Assembly (NCBI GenBank): GCA_013239625.1 | Contig: MU056216.1 | Span: 7,748,363 to 7,812,362 of the forward strand | From: Lama guanicoe | Lineage: Eukaryota | Length of the DNA stretch: 64,000 nucleotides | Direction of reading: 5' to 3' | Part shown: positions 51,207 through 63,830 of the stretch, piece by piece | How the letters are laid out: each line of letters opens with the position of its first letter | How positions within the stretch are numbered: the first letter of the stretch is position 1 | Program-made: the position numbers and the translations under genes | Notes under the pieces: generated by a model | Database searches by the model: none | Told to the model about the DNA's origin: nothing | The model's input: only the letters and a program-made list of their open reading frames with translations

Positions 51207-51748
51207 TTAAGGGAGACCTTTCTATGTGGAAGCTTGTCTGGGATTATAGAGTGACAGATTGAGTAGCTGTAGAGCCAGCCCGAGTTTATTTACCGGCTCC
51301 TACGTGAGCCCAGATCTGTCAGTTTCCTTGGCTTTGGATCTGAATGATGGGCTTAAGAGGATAAAACGCTTGGGTTAGGGAAAAAAAATGTTTATATTGA
51401 TTTTGGAGGGGGGGTAGTTGTCCAGATTAACTTGCTCTTTGACGTATGTCTCTAGAGCTGAAATCAATTTTATTAGATATTTAAAAAACATATTTTATTT
51501 AGGGACAAAACTCTGAGGTTGAGATGACACCACAAATTAGTTTTAGAGCACAAGGGGAAATGAAGGCGCCCTTGGAGCAGGACTTCCAACAACAACGTTT
51601 AATGAGAAGATGTTGGTCAGTTTCTTCCTGAAATGTTCTGAATTTTAAGATCACTGCCTTTTCCTGGAATATCTTGGCCTCATTTTCCATTTATATCATT
51701 TTTTTTGGTCCTTTTCTCCTATTTTATTTCTTTTTTTTTTTCCTCCAG

Positions 51749-51862
51749 GATGATGGTCTCCCAGAAAATGAACATCAGCTGTCAGTAGCAGGAAAGATAA
51801 AGAAGCATTTCAACACAGGCCCCAAGCCGAACAGCACGGCAGCTGGCGTCTCTGTCATAGCA
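51749..51862 (+). CDS. DCLK1: DCLK1 exon, proximal C-tail ([38 protein letters not shown])
   Basis: Long T tract + cctccag acceptor, GCA|gtaagc donor; 114 nt; last coding exon visible in the window. Confidence 0.97.
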
Positions 51863-54143
51863 GTAAGCATCTGAAATACTCACCTATAACTTTCTAAAAG
51901 CAGCCCACCTCAGAGACAGGCATTGCGCAGGAGATCCTACCCAGAGACAGCAGAATGGGTCATTTCTCTAGGCAGCTCGGCCACTGAGAGCACGGCGGGG
52001 AGGTCGGGGTTTACGCACGAGATGCGTTTTTGCTGATCGTTTCGCTGGGAGTCACATCGTTATCCAGCACCTCCAGGGGGTCTTGCAGGATACAGGAATT
52101 TCATGATTTATTTTTGAAAGCAGAAGGCCTCCCCCACACCGGACTCCGCCAACGCAAACTTCTGGGCTCTGAGCAAAAAGAGTTCAGACTGTCGTTTTGC
52201 CAGGACCTGGGAGGGCAGGGAAGTCGAGAGAGAGGACATGGCAGAGAGAGAGTGGAACACTGTCGATCTTTGTACGAGACTCAGACGAAAGCCACGACGT
52301 GGCAGGAAGCTTGCCCAGAAAGATTTTTCGTGAAGCTGAATTGTTGTGAGCATGCAGAGAAATCACGATTTCTTGCTCCTTAGCAATTTGTGTTTTTAAA
52401 GCGGAGAGTCTTGGAACATTTTGTTGATGCGGGTGCACAAGGCTTTTTTTTTTTTCCCTGTTTCATACATGCAGACATGTTCTACATGCAATTTGATAGC
52501 AGCTCTAGGCAAAGATTAAATTGGGCAGAGAAATAATGAAACCTCATACTTCCTGGTGTCATATTCTAGAGTAAATATATTCAGGTCCCAGATTACTTGA
52601 GTTTTTAATAATTTCCTCCTTTTATCAGAGTATGAACATTTTAACATAGTCAATGTGAAATCACTGGAGCTGTTTTTCTTCTTTAAACCGAGAACTTAGA
52701 CACTACACTGTCGAATTTTGAGAAATATTTATGCTACTAAACAGATGTCGTGCTCGTCAGCAATACTGAATATTTATCTGTTTCTACGGGTGTTTTGCTT
52801 TTCTTCCTCTTTTTCTTTCTCGGTTGTGCTAGAACTCCACATAAAGCTAAAGATAAATAAGTGACAACCAAAATACAGTACAACCAATCCAAGATCTGGG
52901 TTACTGAATATTCAATAGGCGCTGCCAGAATGTGCAGGTGGCACAAATGCATGCATGCACGCTCTTGTACTGTTTGCATTTCTTGTTTTGGAGTTGAACC
53001 CTGTCAGCAGGGAGTTACGTGAGTCTGAGTAACCGGCTCCTGAGGACCCTGACAGCACTAAAAAGAATGCACTCTCTTCCCCAAGCCCCCTCCGGGCTGC
53101 TGGGGATTTAACACTGCAAGTGGTCCTTCTTGCCCCACCTGCCCCCAGCTCTCTAGTTCTCTCTTAGGAAATTCAGTGCAGAAGTACAGAGTCCATGTCT
53201 TCACAGATCGTCAGTGTTCTTTGTTATCAGCTAACATGCAGTCAGGAATTTTTGAAAGTAACAGTCTCGTGATGTTTCTTAACAAAATCAGACATGCTAT
53301 CCTCTGTTTTCATCATTCATCTAAGACTTAAGCCTATTCCAGAACGTTTGGTCCCACCCTTTCCTTGTGGAGTGGACTGCCAGCACGCTTGTCCATGGAA
53401 AGGACTGCTTTTCTGCTCTTGCCGACGGCTCACAGCTGCTAGAGGTGCTTTTTCCACCTCTGTCATCTTGGGGTTTGTTTGTTTCTCCTGGTCTTTTATT
53501 TTTATTAGTCTTTGGTTAAGTTTGCCTTGGTTGCCCAGTACGCTTTGTTCACAGTGTTCTGGGAGTCTTCTAGTGACCAAGAGCAGGAATTTCAGGGCAA
53601 TTCTCCAATAGACAGACAACACGGATTGGAGGGGAAATCCTACTTTAATCAAACCTGGATAAATTTTGAAACCTAATCCATGTGAGTTTATTAAAACTTC
53701 ATCTAAGTAGAGCTCAAAAAAAAAACAAACCCACTCCCCAGTTAGTATCTGAAGATTAAAGGTCCACTGTTTTTTTTCCCTCTGAATATCATGACTGGAC
53801 CATCTTGAATGCAATTTAATTTATCATCAGTTTCTCAGTTCATCACTAATGTGTTTCCATGGAAACTGTACCAACTGGTAATACACTTATAGACAGTAAA
53901 ATGGGCTGTGCGATGCTGAGTTGTGCATTAGTTGCGTGCTTCTTTAATCTCTTTATCCACGACAAAGTTTTGGAAAAAAGTAATCAACTCAACTCAGACT
54001 TGAAATAATTGACTTTTTGGAGAAATATCTGAAAAAATGCTTTGTCGGCTGTGAAGTACAATTCACATGTTGACCGCTATCGGTGTTTCAAACCTGAAAG
54101 AGAATATTGCTGTAAATTTCAGGGGGTGTTTCAGGAGAAGCTG

Positions 54144-54317
54144 GTCTACTATAATAAAAGCATGCATTTATGCATCTTCTACTGTAATATATGCATTTAT
54201 GCATCATCTAACATAATGTATGCACTTGTGCATCTTTTGCTGTAATATATGCATTTATGCATCGTCTACCATAATATATGCACTTATGCATCATCTACCG
54301 TAATATATGCATTTGTG
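54144..54317. repeat. 29-bp minisatellite, 5 full copies (54173-54317) plus one degenerate upstream copy
   Basis: Units start at 54173, 54202, 54231, 54260, 54289; consensus catcNtctacYRtaatatatgcaYttRtg. Confidence 0.92.
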
Positions 54318-57070
54318 TATCTCTCCTTTATAAATGTCCACACCCTCCCTAAGAACCTGGGGTAGGTCACCAGGTGCAGAGTGGGGCTGCAAGTTAGAAA
54401 CCAGCCAGTTTGGCTGCTTTTGTAATTACCTTTCACTGGATAAGCACTGGATAAGGCAATATATACTCCATCACCATGTTCCCACTCTTAAAAGACTAAG
54501 ACCCAGGGGACCATCACAAACTAAAGGAGCCCTGGCTTTAAATAGTATTCCAATTCAAACTAAAGTATAATTTCAAAGGAATGATCTTCTGCTGTAAGAC
54601 AGAGCAGAAGTGAGAGATGGAAGGAATAGCCTTCATAGATGGTGGGTTCTATAAAGATTATTTGACAATTTGATAATGGAATGTAATTATTAATTCACAC
54701 ACATGATGGAAATTTCTGTAATTCATGTAATACTGTAACGACTTCCATTTGATAGATATGGGGGAAATAACCGATTTCAGCATAAATTTCATTCAGACAG
54801 AATTTTTTTCCCATGGGCATGTATGCTCTCTCCAGAGGCTATCAAATGATATGTTTTATTTTGAATTGCCTCTATTATAGGACTGCTTTTTTGGAAATTA
54901 TATACACCCTTCCAAATTAAAAAATACATATACTATTTAGCATGTAGTATCAATCAGCTTGTCTTTTCAGGAAATCAGTAGTTAAGTCATTAGTCTTTAA
55001 CTGGTAATTCTCTTTCCATCGTTAAAAACGTCACTATCTGCTCAAAAAGGAATTCATGACACTTTTTCTTTCCCCAAGTGACAGAGGAAAAAGAGCATGC
55101 TGTCATAACAAATCGGCTCTCGTCACAGGTGTAATTTATGGCATGAACATAGTTTAACATGTATTCATGGTTCTGAACCTTAATGTTTTTTGTTCATGTT
55201 GTCATTTTTTTTTCTTCTCTGCTTCCCACCCCCTCCGTTATGAAGACCAAAGAAAGGACAAATGATAACTTTATATTGAGGTCCTTGAGTTGGCGAGGAG
55301 AGCAATTACCAGCTGGGGGCTCACTGGGCTCCTAGGGCCCCTCTCGAAGGAGGAAAGGTGCCTGACGTTTAGGTCAGGTGGCGTGATGAGGTGGAAGGAA
55401 ACTCGTCGCTGTCCTTGTAACTGCAAAATTCTGCCCTCGGAAGGACGCCGTCGTCCCTCCACTACCTTTCCCAGTAGCCGGGGCGTTCAAACCATACCAA
55501 AGAAAACCAGAACGGAACAGAGGAAGGGAAACAAAAGGTTATTAAAACGCAATTTAAAGACATAAAATGGAATCAGAGATGACATTTTAACGGCGGACTT
55601 CTTGAGAGCTAAGGGACGGGAGGGGGGCCTTATTAGATTTGCTCAGCTTGATGAAGAACCGATGACTCAGATGTCAGTTCCAATTTATTTTTCCTCATTT
55701 AATGCTGTTTATTATTGTAACCGATAATTTTCCTAATGCTTTCAAGTCCTTCTTTTGCATTTTGCTCATGCAAATAGAGCATTTCAGTCTAATTGGACAA
55801 ATCCATACCAATCAGTGTGCAAATAATTGTGATAGTGGGAAGCTTCTTTCTAAAGCCAGAGACCTCTGCACCAGGGCACTCCCGAATGCAGTGTTATGAG
55901 ACTCTTCGCCTGTAGGTGGCAATAGAGAGCTAGTTACGAAGTAGCCATCCCTGGGCTGAAACAGAAATGCAGGCCTTCGTCTTCCTAACAGCAACTGTAC
56001 TTCGATTTTTTTTTTCCCTAAATAAAATGAACTTACATTTTTAAAGAAAGATTAAAATCTGACATTGTCGTTCCATGAACACTGGCATAGCCTAGTTTAT
56101 AACCAGAATACCAAATCTCCTGAGCAGTTTTTTTTAAACGCTTGGTGCCTTGGCATGTTTTTGAAATGCCTTTGTGAATTTAGCAGTGGAAACTGTCATC
56201 ACATCATGCCGGCACCACACTTGAAAGCACTCATGAGCCTCTCCAGAAAGAAAGGTGGTCAACTCGCATCCTCTCAGGGGCAGAACTGGGGAGCGGGCAT
56301 ACGGCATGATTATTGTTTTTCAAATTTGGGGATTGAATCTTTTATTCCTAGGTAGCCAAAGGCTAACATCTTATTCCAGGAGGAACCACCTTGAGAATTT
56401 ACCCTGTCTTCTATTTATTGTACCTTTTGTTAACCATAAGCACGTAACTGTACATATGCATTTTTAACATACAGTGAAAAGCTTTTCATTTTATTTTCTG
56501 TATTTCCTCAGAGAAGATTTACTGTTCTATACTACATCATTTTGGTTCGTAAATGTAACTGATTCACCTTTAAGAGTAGCTCCACTTTTGAAAATTAACT
56601 CTTAGTGAAAGAAATCCAAATTGTTGTGATTTATAGGAGTTTAAAATCTAATTCTTTCCACCTTTTATTTCATATTTATGAAGCCCTCAAATTTAAGCTT
56701 GATGCGGTAAGATTTGGGGTGGGCCAATCTGCTTTCTCTTAGGAGGCGAACACTGATTTCAGCACTTTATTGTAAAGCGTTTTTCATTGCTTTAGAATAT
56801 GAAGAGGGGTGTACATCTTTTGAAATTGAGAGGATATTATTAAATGTGCATTCGAAAACTTGTTTGAAAAATTAGATCTTTTCTAACAAATTGGCCTCCG
56901 AGCTATTCATGAGGGATTAGTGTCTTTTCTTGCCTTTTTTATTTTCCATGTGCAGATCTAGGATGTTAGCTAGTCACCCTGCACAAGAGGCATCGTAACT
57001 CTATATACGTATATAGTCAATGAAGATCAGCTTGGTCTGGAGTCATAATCCTTTAGCACAATGTCGATCC

Positions 57071-57458
57071 NNNNNNNNNNNNNNNNNNNNNNNNNNNNNN
57101 NNNNNNNNNNNNNNNNNNNNNNNNNNNNNNNNNNNNNNNNNNNNNNNNNNNNNNNNNNNNNNNNNNNNNNNNNNNNNNNNNNNNNNNNNNNNNNNNNNNN
57201 NNNNNNNNNNNNNNNNNNNNNNNNNNNNNNNNNNNNNNNNNNNNNNNNNNNNNNNNNNNNNNNNNNNNNNNNNNNNNNNNNNNNNNNNNNNNNNNNNNNN
57301 NNNNNNNNNNNNNNNNNNNNNNNNNNNNNNNNNNNNNNNNNNNNNNNNNNNNNNNNNNNNNNNNNNNNNNNNNNNNNNNNNNNNNNNNNNNNNNNNNNNN
57401 NNNNNNNNNNNNNNNNNNNNNNNNNNNNNNNNNNNNNNNNNNNNNNNNNNNNNNNNNN
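57071..57458. other. Assembly gap
   Basis: N run. Confidence 1.
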
Positions 57459-58198
57459 ATTTTCCTGATGTTGCTGATTAAACAATGATTTCTAGTGCTC
57501 TTCTGTCCCTTAACAAATGGGAGAACATTAGTACCTTAGTATATGTTCTCTAGACGTATATACTGTCATTTTAAAATCATCAAGCCCGACCTTGACCTTA
57601 TTAGATGGATGAAACAATGCATTTACACCTTAGTCCTAGAAGCTCCTCCGAGCACAGCGAGCTATAGAATGCATTGTGTGTGTTGGTAAGCTTGTGTTTT
57701 CCAATTCTCCACCTTTTTGTTTTGTTTTGTTTTTGTTTGATTGTTACTTCTCTCCCCCTGGAAATCCCTTTCTGTACTAGCTATTGCATGAATTTATTTT
57801 TTGATATTTTGTAACTGTCAGATCACTTAGCTGGCTTATCTGCTCAAGCAAAAGGGACTATGGGAGGTATCGATTCTTTTTTTTTAAAAACTGGGTTAAG
57901 AATTCTATCCAATCATTGTCTATTCCAGTCAGCCGCCCTGGCATTTCCTTCCAGGGGCATTGTTTGTGTCTCTTTAAGTTCTCCACAGGCAGGATGGTTT
58001 TTGATGGTTTGAGACATGAACTCTGAGAAGTCCTAGGCAACTCTTCTCCTCCATCTTAATGTTTCTGAAATGATCTCCAGGTAAAGCTCCACATCTGAGC
58101 GTTTGCTAAGAAAAAATTCCACTGGGTTTGGCATTTGTTTCCCCCAAATGATCTTGCCTGTCTGCAGTAGTATAGTGGCTGCCTCATGCTGTTTCACG

Positions 58199-58382
58199 NN
58201 NNNNNNNNNNNNNNNNNNNNNNNNNNNNNNNNNNNNNNNNNNNNNNNNNNNNNNNNNNNNNNNNNNNNNNNNNNNNNNNNNNNNNNNNNNNNNNNNNNNN
58301 NNNNNNNNNNNNNNNNNNNNNNNNNNNNNNNNNNNNNNNNNNNNNNNNNNNNNNNNNNNNNNNNNNNNNNNNNNNNNNNNNN
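58199..58382. other. Assembly gap
   Basis: N run. Confidence 1.
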
Positions 58383-58771
58383 AACCCCCAAATATTACTC
58401 AGTTTTTTTCTACAATTAGACACTAGAATCAAAGGCCTTAGGGAAGCAAAAAAGTCCAACCTCTGACACAGAATCCAAATATCTAAGATCATGATGCTTT
58501 CTAAGTCTACTGAAAGCATGATAATACCCAAACTTCAAACAATATTTTAGAGTCAGTTTGACACAGAAGGTTATTTGTATCTTCTAGATGGGTCTGCATG
58601 TAGGAGTTGCACCCCTGCCTTTTATTTACCTAGTAAATGAGCTTTATCGATGTAGAAAGAATTCCATTTTATTTTTAACCTTTTTTGGGGGGTAGGGGGC
58701 GGCCAGTCATGACCTGCCTTTGTGCAGACTCTTCTTTTTGACTTTTTTACATGGAAGACGATCCGTCCACC

Positions 58772-59040
58772 TTTTACTTTTTACTGAAAGATAATATACA
58801 TTCTGAAGAATGCATGTGAGTGCCTGTCTCAGCAAATCTTCACAAACTGAGCACACCCTGTCGCAAGCACCCAGCTCAGGCACAGAACATTTCTAGCACC
58901 CCCAGAGGACCCCCACCCCCCAGCGCCCTTCCAGGGAGGGTCACATAGCCCTGAGGGTAAACACTGACCTGGAGTCTATCTGCATTCATTAGCTTTGGCT
59001 GGTTTTGTTCTTTATATAGATCAACTCACATCATGCTCCG
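58772..59040 (-). mobile_element. Old L1 (L1M) 3' end
   Basis: ttcacaaactgagcacaccctgt...cacccagctcaggcacagaacatttctagcaccccagag...ttagctttggctggttttg. Confidence 0.7.
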
Positions 59041-61564
59041 TGCTTTTTCAGTTGTATGTCTCCTAACCTCAGGCATATTAAGCAAACATATACGAGGAAA
59101 GGTGATATACAATTAAAAATAGGCATCAAATATGTCTATAGTTGTGCACTTTTGATAACCCAAATTACTCGTATAAATTAATTTCAAAAAAAAAAACCTC
59201 TGAAAAATTAGTCAGTTTGGAGGCTTAAGGGTGAGTGCAAAACACCACATAAACACAATAATTAATAAAAGTAACCAAGTATAAAAAGGCCATTTGACTA
59301 AATCCCAGTGATGGTTCCCATCAGCAGACAAAATGCCACGTCCCTGAATAATGGGCAGGAGCAGATGGGAGATCATCTCCTTTTTCTTCCACACATAAAC
59401 TGCTCTGTTTTCCAGCTGGGGGCAGTAACAACAATGTTTATAGTTAATGTGTACTAAACAGCACACCCAGTATGTAAAGCTAAATTGGAGGAATGATGCT
59501 AAAAACTCCTCAGCGTATATGCTTAATTAGGAAGTTTTATAATGCCATTTAGCCCTGGAACGAACACACACTCCTCACTGATCGCAAATGCTTGCCTTTT
59601 ATCTCCACGGAAGTGGGAGCATTTGTCTAACCACGGTGGCAGCCAACTTTCGAACACAAACAATCATTGCGGACGAAACATCCCCGCTCTCAATTGTTGT
59701 GTTTACAAATGCTCGTGGCTGTTTTCACTGCTCTGAGCAGAACACTTGGGAGATGCGCTTGCATTTTGTAAAGTAGCTCATGTCAGGGCAGAAGCTGGGG
59801 AAACGTGTCTTCGGGGTGCTCAGAATTGGCAGGTCCCTCTTAGCAGGCTTTTTGGTGATGGTGGAGAAATGGTGGGGACCACGCTTCTCCTCCTCTCCTT
59901 CATTCTCCTGCCTCCAACAGAAAAATGCTTACAGGCTGTAACCAGGGAAGCAGCGTCCTGCATGGCTTCTTTTTCCAGGAGACTTGCTTCTGTCCCCGAG
60001 TCCAGGAGACCCTCTCCCAGGAATGGGCTGCCTGGGCCATTCCACCCTCTTATGGCTGGGCTACAAGCCCCTGGAAAACATTCACATCTCGTTATATCCT
60101 CCGCCTAAAAGTGCAACCTTATTCTAAGGGGATGCATTCACACACATCTCTTCCTCTCCCGAGTGAAGCTGTCACTGTGGCAGAAGCCATGCCCAACAAC
60201 TCGCGGAGAAGAATTCCTGCATCTTCTGCATGCAGGACAAAGCGACGGCCAGAACCCAATTAAATGAAACAAATATCAAAACAAGGCATATGCTGAGAAC
60301 TCTAAATAAGATAAAATGTGGAGATGGGCTAGGACTAAAGGGGGGCTGAGTTCCCAGGCGTGACGTGATTCAAATGTGCATATTGGACTCGGGCACGGGG
60401 CACCATCCTGAAACAGTGAGTAACGAGGCAGAGCGCATCTCCGCATGCACAGTCCTCGTGAGGCTATTAAATGCTGTGGTGCCCGGGTGACAAAAGGAAC
60501 GGGGTCAGTCAGATGCATCTTACTTGGTGTCGGTCTGAAAGATGGGTTCCCATGAAAGCAGAGAGGAATCCCCCACATGGTGGGAAGAGGGTTCCAAAGG
60601 CACACAGCGAGTTGCAATGCCCTGCAGGTTGCTTTGGGGAAAGTTGCCTTGGCTTTGCTCTGCCCTTAAGAAAGGGCCCCTGATGAGTGTCAGGGGTGCT
60701 GCGGGAAGGAAGGGCAGAGGCCTCTGCTCTAGCAAAGGATTAACCAGCCTCCCCATCCCGGCTGGAGCCTCCCTGGGTAACAGAAAGTTTAACATATAGA
60801 AAAGGCATAGATTTAAACTTCAAAACCACTCAAACTGGGATTATAGAGAAAAATACCGAGAAGCTGTACCGTGATGCTCCAGTGGCCAAGAGGCTGGGTA
60901 GCAGCACTTGTGTTACAGTCCTACAGACGGTGGCTGAGACAAACCCAAGGCTAGTGAGACCACAGTGGGGTTTTAACAAGTCAAACAGGTTGCTCACTCT
61001 TGGAGGTTTTATTTTGCTTCATTTTATTTTCAGAGCCCCCTTAAGAAAGGATTCCAACAATATATATTTGTCTTTTTAAAACTTAACGTACTTGTTATCC
61101 TTAGAAATGAGAAATTGCCACGGTGTCCTAAGACTTACTGATGGGGGTAAACTGAACTGAAATTTTGTAAGTTTTCCTGAGATTCATAGTGATTCAGTGT
61201 TGATCGGAAATTCTGTGGTATCGTATTGGTTTTAATCTTGCAGCCCAAACTTCTTTCCCTCTTTATGATTTAAAAAGACGCCTGCCCTCTTTTCTACGCA
61301 CTTGTTCCTGCCCTATTTTGACTCCATTTATTCCCCCGTGATGGTCACTGATAGGATTTGGACTTTTTTGGGTATTAATGTGTAGGAAAGAATACAGCTT
61401 AAAGAGATTAATCGTAAGTATTGACACGCCATTGTTCTATTAGGAAAGAGTGTTAATGTCGATATACTGAAGTCAAATTCAAATATGAGTCAAATACATA
61501 TACTTCTAGAAACTAAAAAGTCTTGAAAATTGAGATAAGCAAACCTGATTAAAGACTGGCAGCT

Positions 61565-61760
61565 CGGTGCATGGAGAGCCCGTGGCTTTGGTGAAGCCCT
61601 GGTTTTGGATCCAGCCTGTGCTACTTCCTGTCTGTTGACTTTGGGCAAGGTACATGGTCCTTCTCTGATTTTCCGTTTCCCCATCTGTAAAAGGAGAGAG
61701 TATTATCAACCTTCCAAATCTGAGGTGAGGATTAAATGAGGTGCCTGTGCAAAAGTGCCT
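61565..61760 (+). mobile_element. MIR
   Basis: gactttgggcaagg...ttttccgtttccccatctgtaaaaggagag...gtgaggattaaatgag. Confidence 0.78.
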
Positions 61761-62040
61761 CCTTCACAGACCCAGCCCAAAGGAGGAACCCAGAAAAGAT
61801 TATTTCAAGAGAAAATCACCCACTCCATGCAAGAGACAGATTTTCCTGTGACAACTGATCTCTCTCCAGATCAAAGCATTTGTTACTAACGTAGAGCTAT
61901 GAACTTTTTTGATGCTTAGATTGGGATAAACTGTTGAATAATTTTTATGTAGATTATCCATAAATTCGGGGCATTAAATTTTACTTAATCAATAGCCTGA
62001 GATCTTGATGAAGTATAAACTTAAAAAGTTACCTCTAGGG

Positions 62041-62261
62041 CAGAGATTGGCAAACTACAGCCAGTGGGCTGAATCTAGCTCACTGCCTGTTTTTATCAAT
62101 AAAGTTTTATTGGAACACAGCCACATTCATTCATTTATAAATTGCCTGTGGCCACTTCTGCCCTACAGGGGCAGAGTGGAGCAGTCTGTCAGAGAACCAT
62201 ATAGCCTGCAAAGCCTAAAATACTAACTGTTTGGCCTTTCCAGAAAGTTTCTCAACACCTG
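62041..62261 (+). mobile_element. MER58A hAT-Charlie MITE, full length
   Basis: cagagattggcaaactacagcc...aataaagttttattggaacacagccac...gcaaagcctaaaata...aaagtttctcaacacctg; degenerate 8-bp TSD ctctaggg / ttctgggg. Confidence 0.88.
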
Positions 62262-62292
62262 TTCTGGGGAAAAAAATGTTCTAAATTAAAAG

Positions 62293-62306
62293 GCGCCACC
62301 TGGTGG
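62293..62306 (-). promoter_or_regulatory. CTCF core motif candidate
   Basis: Reverse complement reads CCACCAGGTGGCGC, a full consensus match. Confidence 0.65.
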
Positions 62307-63654
62307 GCCTATTAAAAATTGTATCACCACCACTTAGTGGAATGCCTGGCATGTGGTAGGTATCTCATAACTATCCGTTAACTTAATGAATGAATGAGCT
62401 TTCCAATGGAGGGACAATTAGTAGAGAGAAACCTTGATTTTGAGGATAAATGTGCTTGTTAGGAGTTTGTGGTAAATGAGAGTTTGGACAATCAAATCAC
62501 AGAGAGGCTCTAGGATAGCAACCCACTATAGCAACCCCAGAGGAAGCCTTTGACAAAGCTGAAAAAATAGTTTTTGTGATAAAAGGAGTTACCCCTTAAC
62601 TTGCCTCCTTATTTGGTAGGTTCCAAATTTTCACAGATTTTATTAAAGATAAACTATGCCTGCATTTGTCCTTTAGGTGACTAGTAGGATGAAGGTCAAA
62701 CAAGATGGCAACTAAGCTTAGCTTCGGCTGTGAAAAAATCAGGGGCTGAGGGGCGGAGGCAGCGTGCCATCCTGACCCTCCAGACACCTGAGCTCAGCAG
62801 GTGGCTGTGATTTTAACCCTGTGATGGGAGGGCCACCAGAAACCCCCTGCGGAGCTGGGCCAGTGTGGGATTCTGTGAAGAACCGGATCAGTGGGAGGAG
62901 CTTGTGTTTAAGAAGTGATGGAGAAGCCTGGAGCAGCTCCGCCCAGGGAAACGGGGACCACGCTGAGAGCGGCACCCAGACGGGAGCTTTCAAGGCCACT
63001 GGTTTCATTCCAGGAGGCCTCCTTTTGCCGTTTAAATGGTCATGTTCGCTTTAGGGAACTACCGTTTCATAGATCCAGATACTGTGCAGTTGCTGGCGAG
63101 ACCCCAAAAGGATATTAACGCAAAACAAAACAGAACCATAATCAGAATGACAGCAAGCCAAAATAAATGAGGAGGGTGGATATATCAATCGAGGTGTCAG
63201 TTTAATTGTACTAGCAAGCAAAACATTTCCAAAGTGGCAAGCAAGTCGTAACTCAGTCCCTACAGAGTGAGGGCGAGCAAAGGAGAGGGTTTCTGAGATT
63301 AATGCCCCAACAGCTGCATCCCCGGCTCATTCTCCTAGGTGGTATGAATAATGGATGGGCTCAAAGGCAACATGCACAATAATGTTCTTTTATTAATGAA
63401 ATGAAGACTGTTTGTGACGGCTGGCAATAAATTAAGAAAAGCGAAAAAGCAAAAGCAGTCACCATTTGCCTCTGAAAAATGCAGTTACTTAAATCCAATA
63501 ATTACTGCCACGACAAAAAACATCGCCTTGGAACTTAAACGAGGTGCATCTCTTGCAAGTCCTGCACGTAGTGCAGAACAGAAATGTTTTTGATCCATAG
63601 ACTGGAATGTCTATTGTTTGCTAGGAGAAAAACATAACCCACTGTAGTAGATTG

Positions 63655-63830
63655 ATGGTGATACTCAGCATATTCGTAGTATTTCATAGGTGCACGTTTC
63701 CCTAGGAGTGACGCACTGTACGTCCCCTTCAGTCTACGGCCTGGGAAATGGGGGCTCGACGTGGTTCGGAAACGTGTCCAAGGTCACATAATCTGCTGAG
63801 CTAGGACCAAAAGCTACTTCTCCTGACTTC
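63655..63830 (-). mobile_element. MIR (diverged, CpG-rich)
   Basis: gggaaatgggggctcgacgtggttcggaaacgtgtccaaggtcacata. Confidence 0.55.

Noticed and set aside
14397-51862. DCLK2, DCLK3, CAMK1 or a pseudogene
   Set aside because: Peptides match DCLK1 specifically, including the CARP exon; all ten exons splice in frame with GT-AG and intact catalytic motifs
54173-54317. CRISPR-like array
   Set aside because: Units are contiguous with no unique spacers; eukaryotic intron; no cas genes
57020-57485. Long ORFs spanning N runs (also near 1.9, 5.0, 35.4 and 58.1 kb)
   Set aside because: Artefacts of translating gaps
57715-57790. U-rich tract + ctgtactag as acceptor of the missing cassette exon
   Set aside because: Downstream sequence does not encode LDHGFT and has no clear donor
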